17,555 nucleotides of DNA, from assembly GCA_041640455.1 (NCBI GenBank), contig JBEQAF010000002.1, positions 1-17,555 of the forward strand. Reading direction: 5' to 3'. Shown piece by piece: positions 16,413 through 17,555 of the stretch; within the stretch, counting starts at the first letter, position 1, and every line of letters begins with the position of its first letter. Position numbers and translations under genes: made by a program. A model generated the notes under the pieces. The model did no database searches. It was not told the DNA's origin and saw only the letters and a list, made by a program, of their open reading frames with translations. The stretch is from a bacterium. Lineage in GTDB: Bacteria; CALINM01.

Positions 16413-17555
16413 ATGGATCTTTATGTTTATAATACCATGAGCGGTACAAAAGAGCGGTTTGTGCCATTAACGGAGGGGAAGGTTAGGATGTATGTATGCG
16501 GTATAACCGCCTATGATCTTTCTCACATAGGACACGCAAGGGTGCAGATTGTTTTTGATGCCATTCAGAGATTTCTTAAGCACAGGCTCAAATATGATGT
16601 AATCTATGTAAGAAACTATACGGATATTGACGATAAGATAATAAACAGGGCAAAAGATGAGTCTGTTGATTTTTCTCAAATTTCTGAAAAATATATAAAA
16701 GCCTTTGATGAGGATATGGAGGCGTTGAATATCGAAAAACCTACCTACACGCCTAAAGCCACAGAATATATTGAAAAGATGGTTGAGATGATACAGCTGC
16801 TCATCGACAGGGGCTTTGCTTATGAGATAGATGGAGATGTGTATTTTTCAGTAGAATCCTTCCCAGGTTATGGTAAACTCTCCAAAAAGCCTTTAGAAGA
16901 TTTAAAAGCTGGCGCAAGGGTTGATGTGGATGAAAGGAAAAAAAATCCACTGGACTTTGCGCTCTGGAAGAAAAAAAGGTATGATTATGAGCCTTCATGG
17001 TCAACTCCATTTGGTGAAGGCAGACCTGGCTGGCATCTGGAATGTTCAACCATGTCTCTGTCGCTGCTTGGTGAGACCCTTGACATTCATGGTGGCGGTA
17101 TGGATCTCATATTCCCCCATCATGAAAACGAGATAGCCCAGAGCGAATCATATACAGGTAAGCCCTTTGTAAGATACTGGCTTCACAACGGTTTTGTGAA
17201 CATAAACAGGGAGAAGATGAGCAAATCTCTTGGCAACATTCTTACAATCAGGGACATTCTCAAGAAGTTTCATCCTGAAACACTGAAAATCTTTGTGCTT
17301 TCAAGCCATTATCGCAGTCCTGTAGATTATGACGAAGAAAAGCTAAAGGAGTTTGAAAAGAGTTTAAAAAGGCTATATCTTACTCTTAAAAACTGGCAGG
17401 AGCTGGTATGGGATAAAAACTTTACCTTCCAGCTTGACGATAGCCATAAGGCAGAGCTCTCGAAAATTGAAGAAGAGTTTGATAGAGCCATGTGTGATGA
17501 TTTTAATACAGCAGTAGCTATTTCAAAAATATTCGATTTTACAAGGGATGTAAAT
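16413..17555 (+). CDS. cysS: Cysteine--tRNA ligase, 3' end truncated by the window edge
   Basis: Not in the ORF track; read manually. MDLYVYNTM...MYVCGITAYDLSHIGHAR, DFALWK, GRPGWHLECS, DIHGGGMDLIFPHHENEIAQ, EKMSKSLGN. GGGAG SD upstream. Confidence 0.98.
   Translation, partial: MDLYVYNTMSGTKERFVPLTEGKVRMYVCGITAYDLSHIGHARVQIVFDAIQRFLKHRLKYDVIYVRNYTDIDDKIINRAKDESVDFSQISEKYIKAFDEDMEALNIEKPTYTPKATEYIEKMVEMIQLLIDRGFAYEIDGDVYFSVESFPGYGKLSKKPLEDLKAGARVDVDERKKNPLDFALWKKKRYDYEPSWSTPFGEGRPGWHLECSTMSLSLLGETLDIHGGGMDLIFPHHENEIAQSESYTGKPFVRYWLHNGFVNINREKMSKSLGNILTIRDILKKFHPETLKIFVLSSHYRSPVDYDEEKLKEFEKSLKRLYLTLKNWQELVWDKNFTFQLDDSHKAELSKIEEEFDRAMCDDFNTAVAISKIFDFTRDVN

Noticed and set aside
15267..16423. 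ispD and cysS both begin ATGGATCTTTA (MDLY)
   Set aside because: An 11-bp match with no extended similarity; most likely chance.
11618..17136. Short antisense or off-frame ORFs inside uvrB, degP, hsp20, carD, PIN/TRAM and cysS (e.g. 12549-12956, 13393-13716, 16921-17136)
   Set aside because: Overlap confident genes and show no independent coding evidence.
13775..17555. carD-PIN/TRAM-ispD-ispF-cysS as a novel cluster or toxin-antitoxin locus
   Set aside because: This is a well-known conserved gene order; the PIN protein is the membrane YacL type, not VapC.
1..17555. CRISPR array, tRNA/rRNA, IS or integrase, inteins
   Set aside because: Intergenic gaps are at most about 160 bp, with no repeat-spacer pattern or transposase/integrase ORF; GlmS, UvrB and CysS motif spacing is normal.

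Overview
AT-rich bacterial chromosomal segment made almost entirely of housekeeping genes. The carD-PIN/TRAM-ispD-ispF-cysS order, the small Cys-rich SAP-like protein and TrmI suggest a Deltaproteobacteria/Desulfobacterota-like, possibly thermophilic organism (inference only). The minus strand carries uvrB, then uvrC-PaaI thioesterase, then trmI-glmU-hybrid sensor kinase-glmS (glmS runs off the left edge). The plus strand carries a two-gene unit (SAP-like protein plus archaeal-type methionine adenosyltransferase) wedged between uvrB and uvrC, then degP/htrA-hsp20, then carD-PIN/TRAM-ispD-ispF-cysS (cysS runs off the right edge). I saw no RNA genes, CRISPR arrays or mobile elements. The most unusual points are: a 7TM-PAS-PAS hybrid kinase packed between glmU and glmS; the SAP/archaeal-MAT unit splitting uvrB and uvrC; a UvrC lacking its C-terminal HhH domain; apparent leaderless promoters for uvrB, uvrC and trmI; and a non-canonical SQSGST phosphate loop in GlmS.
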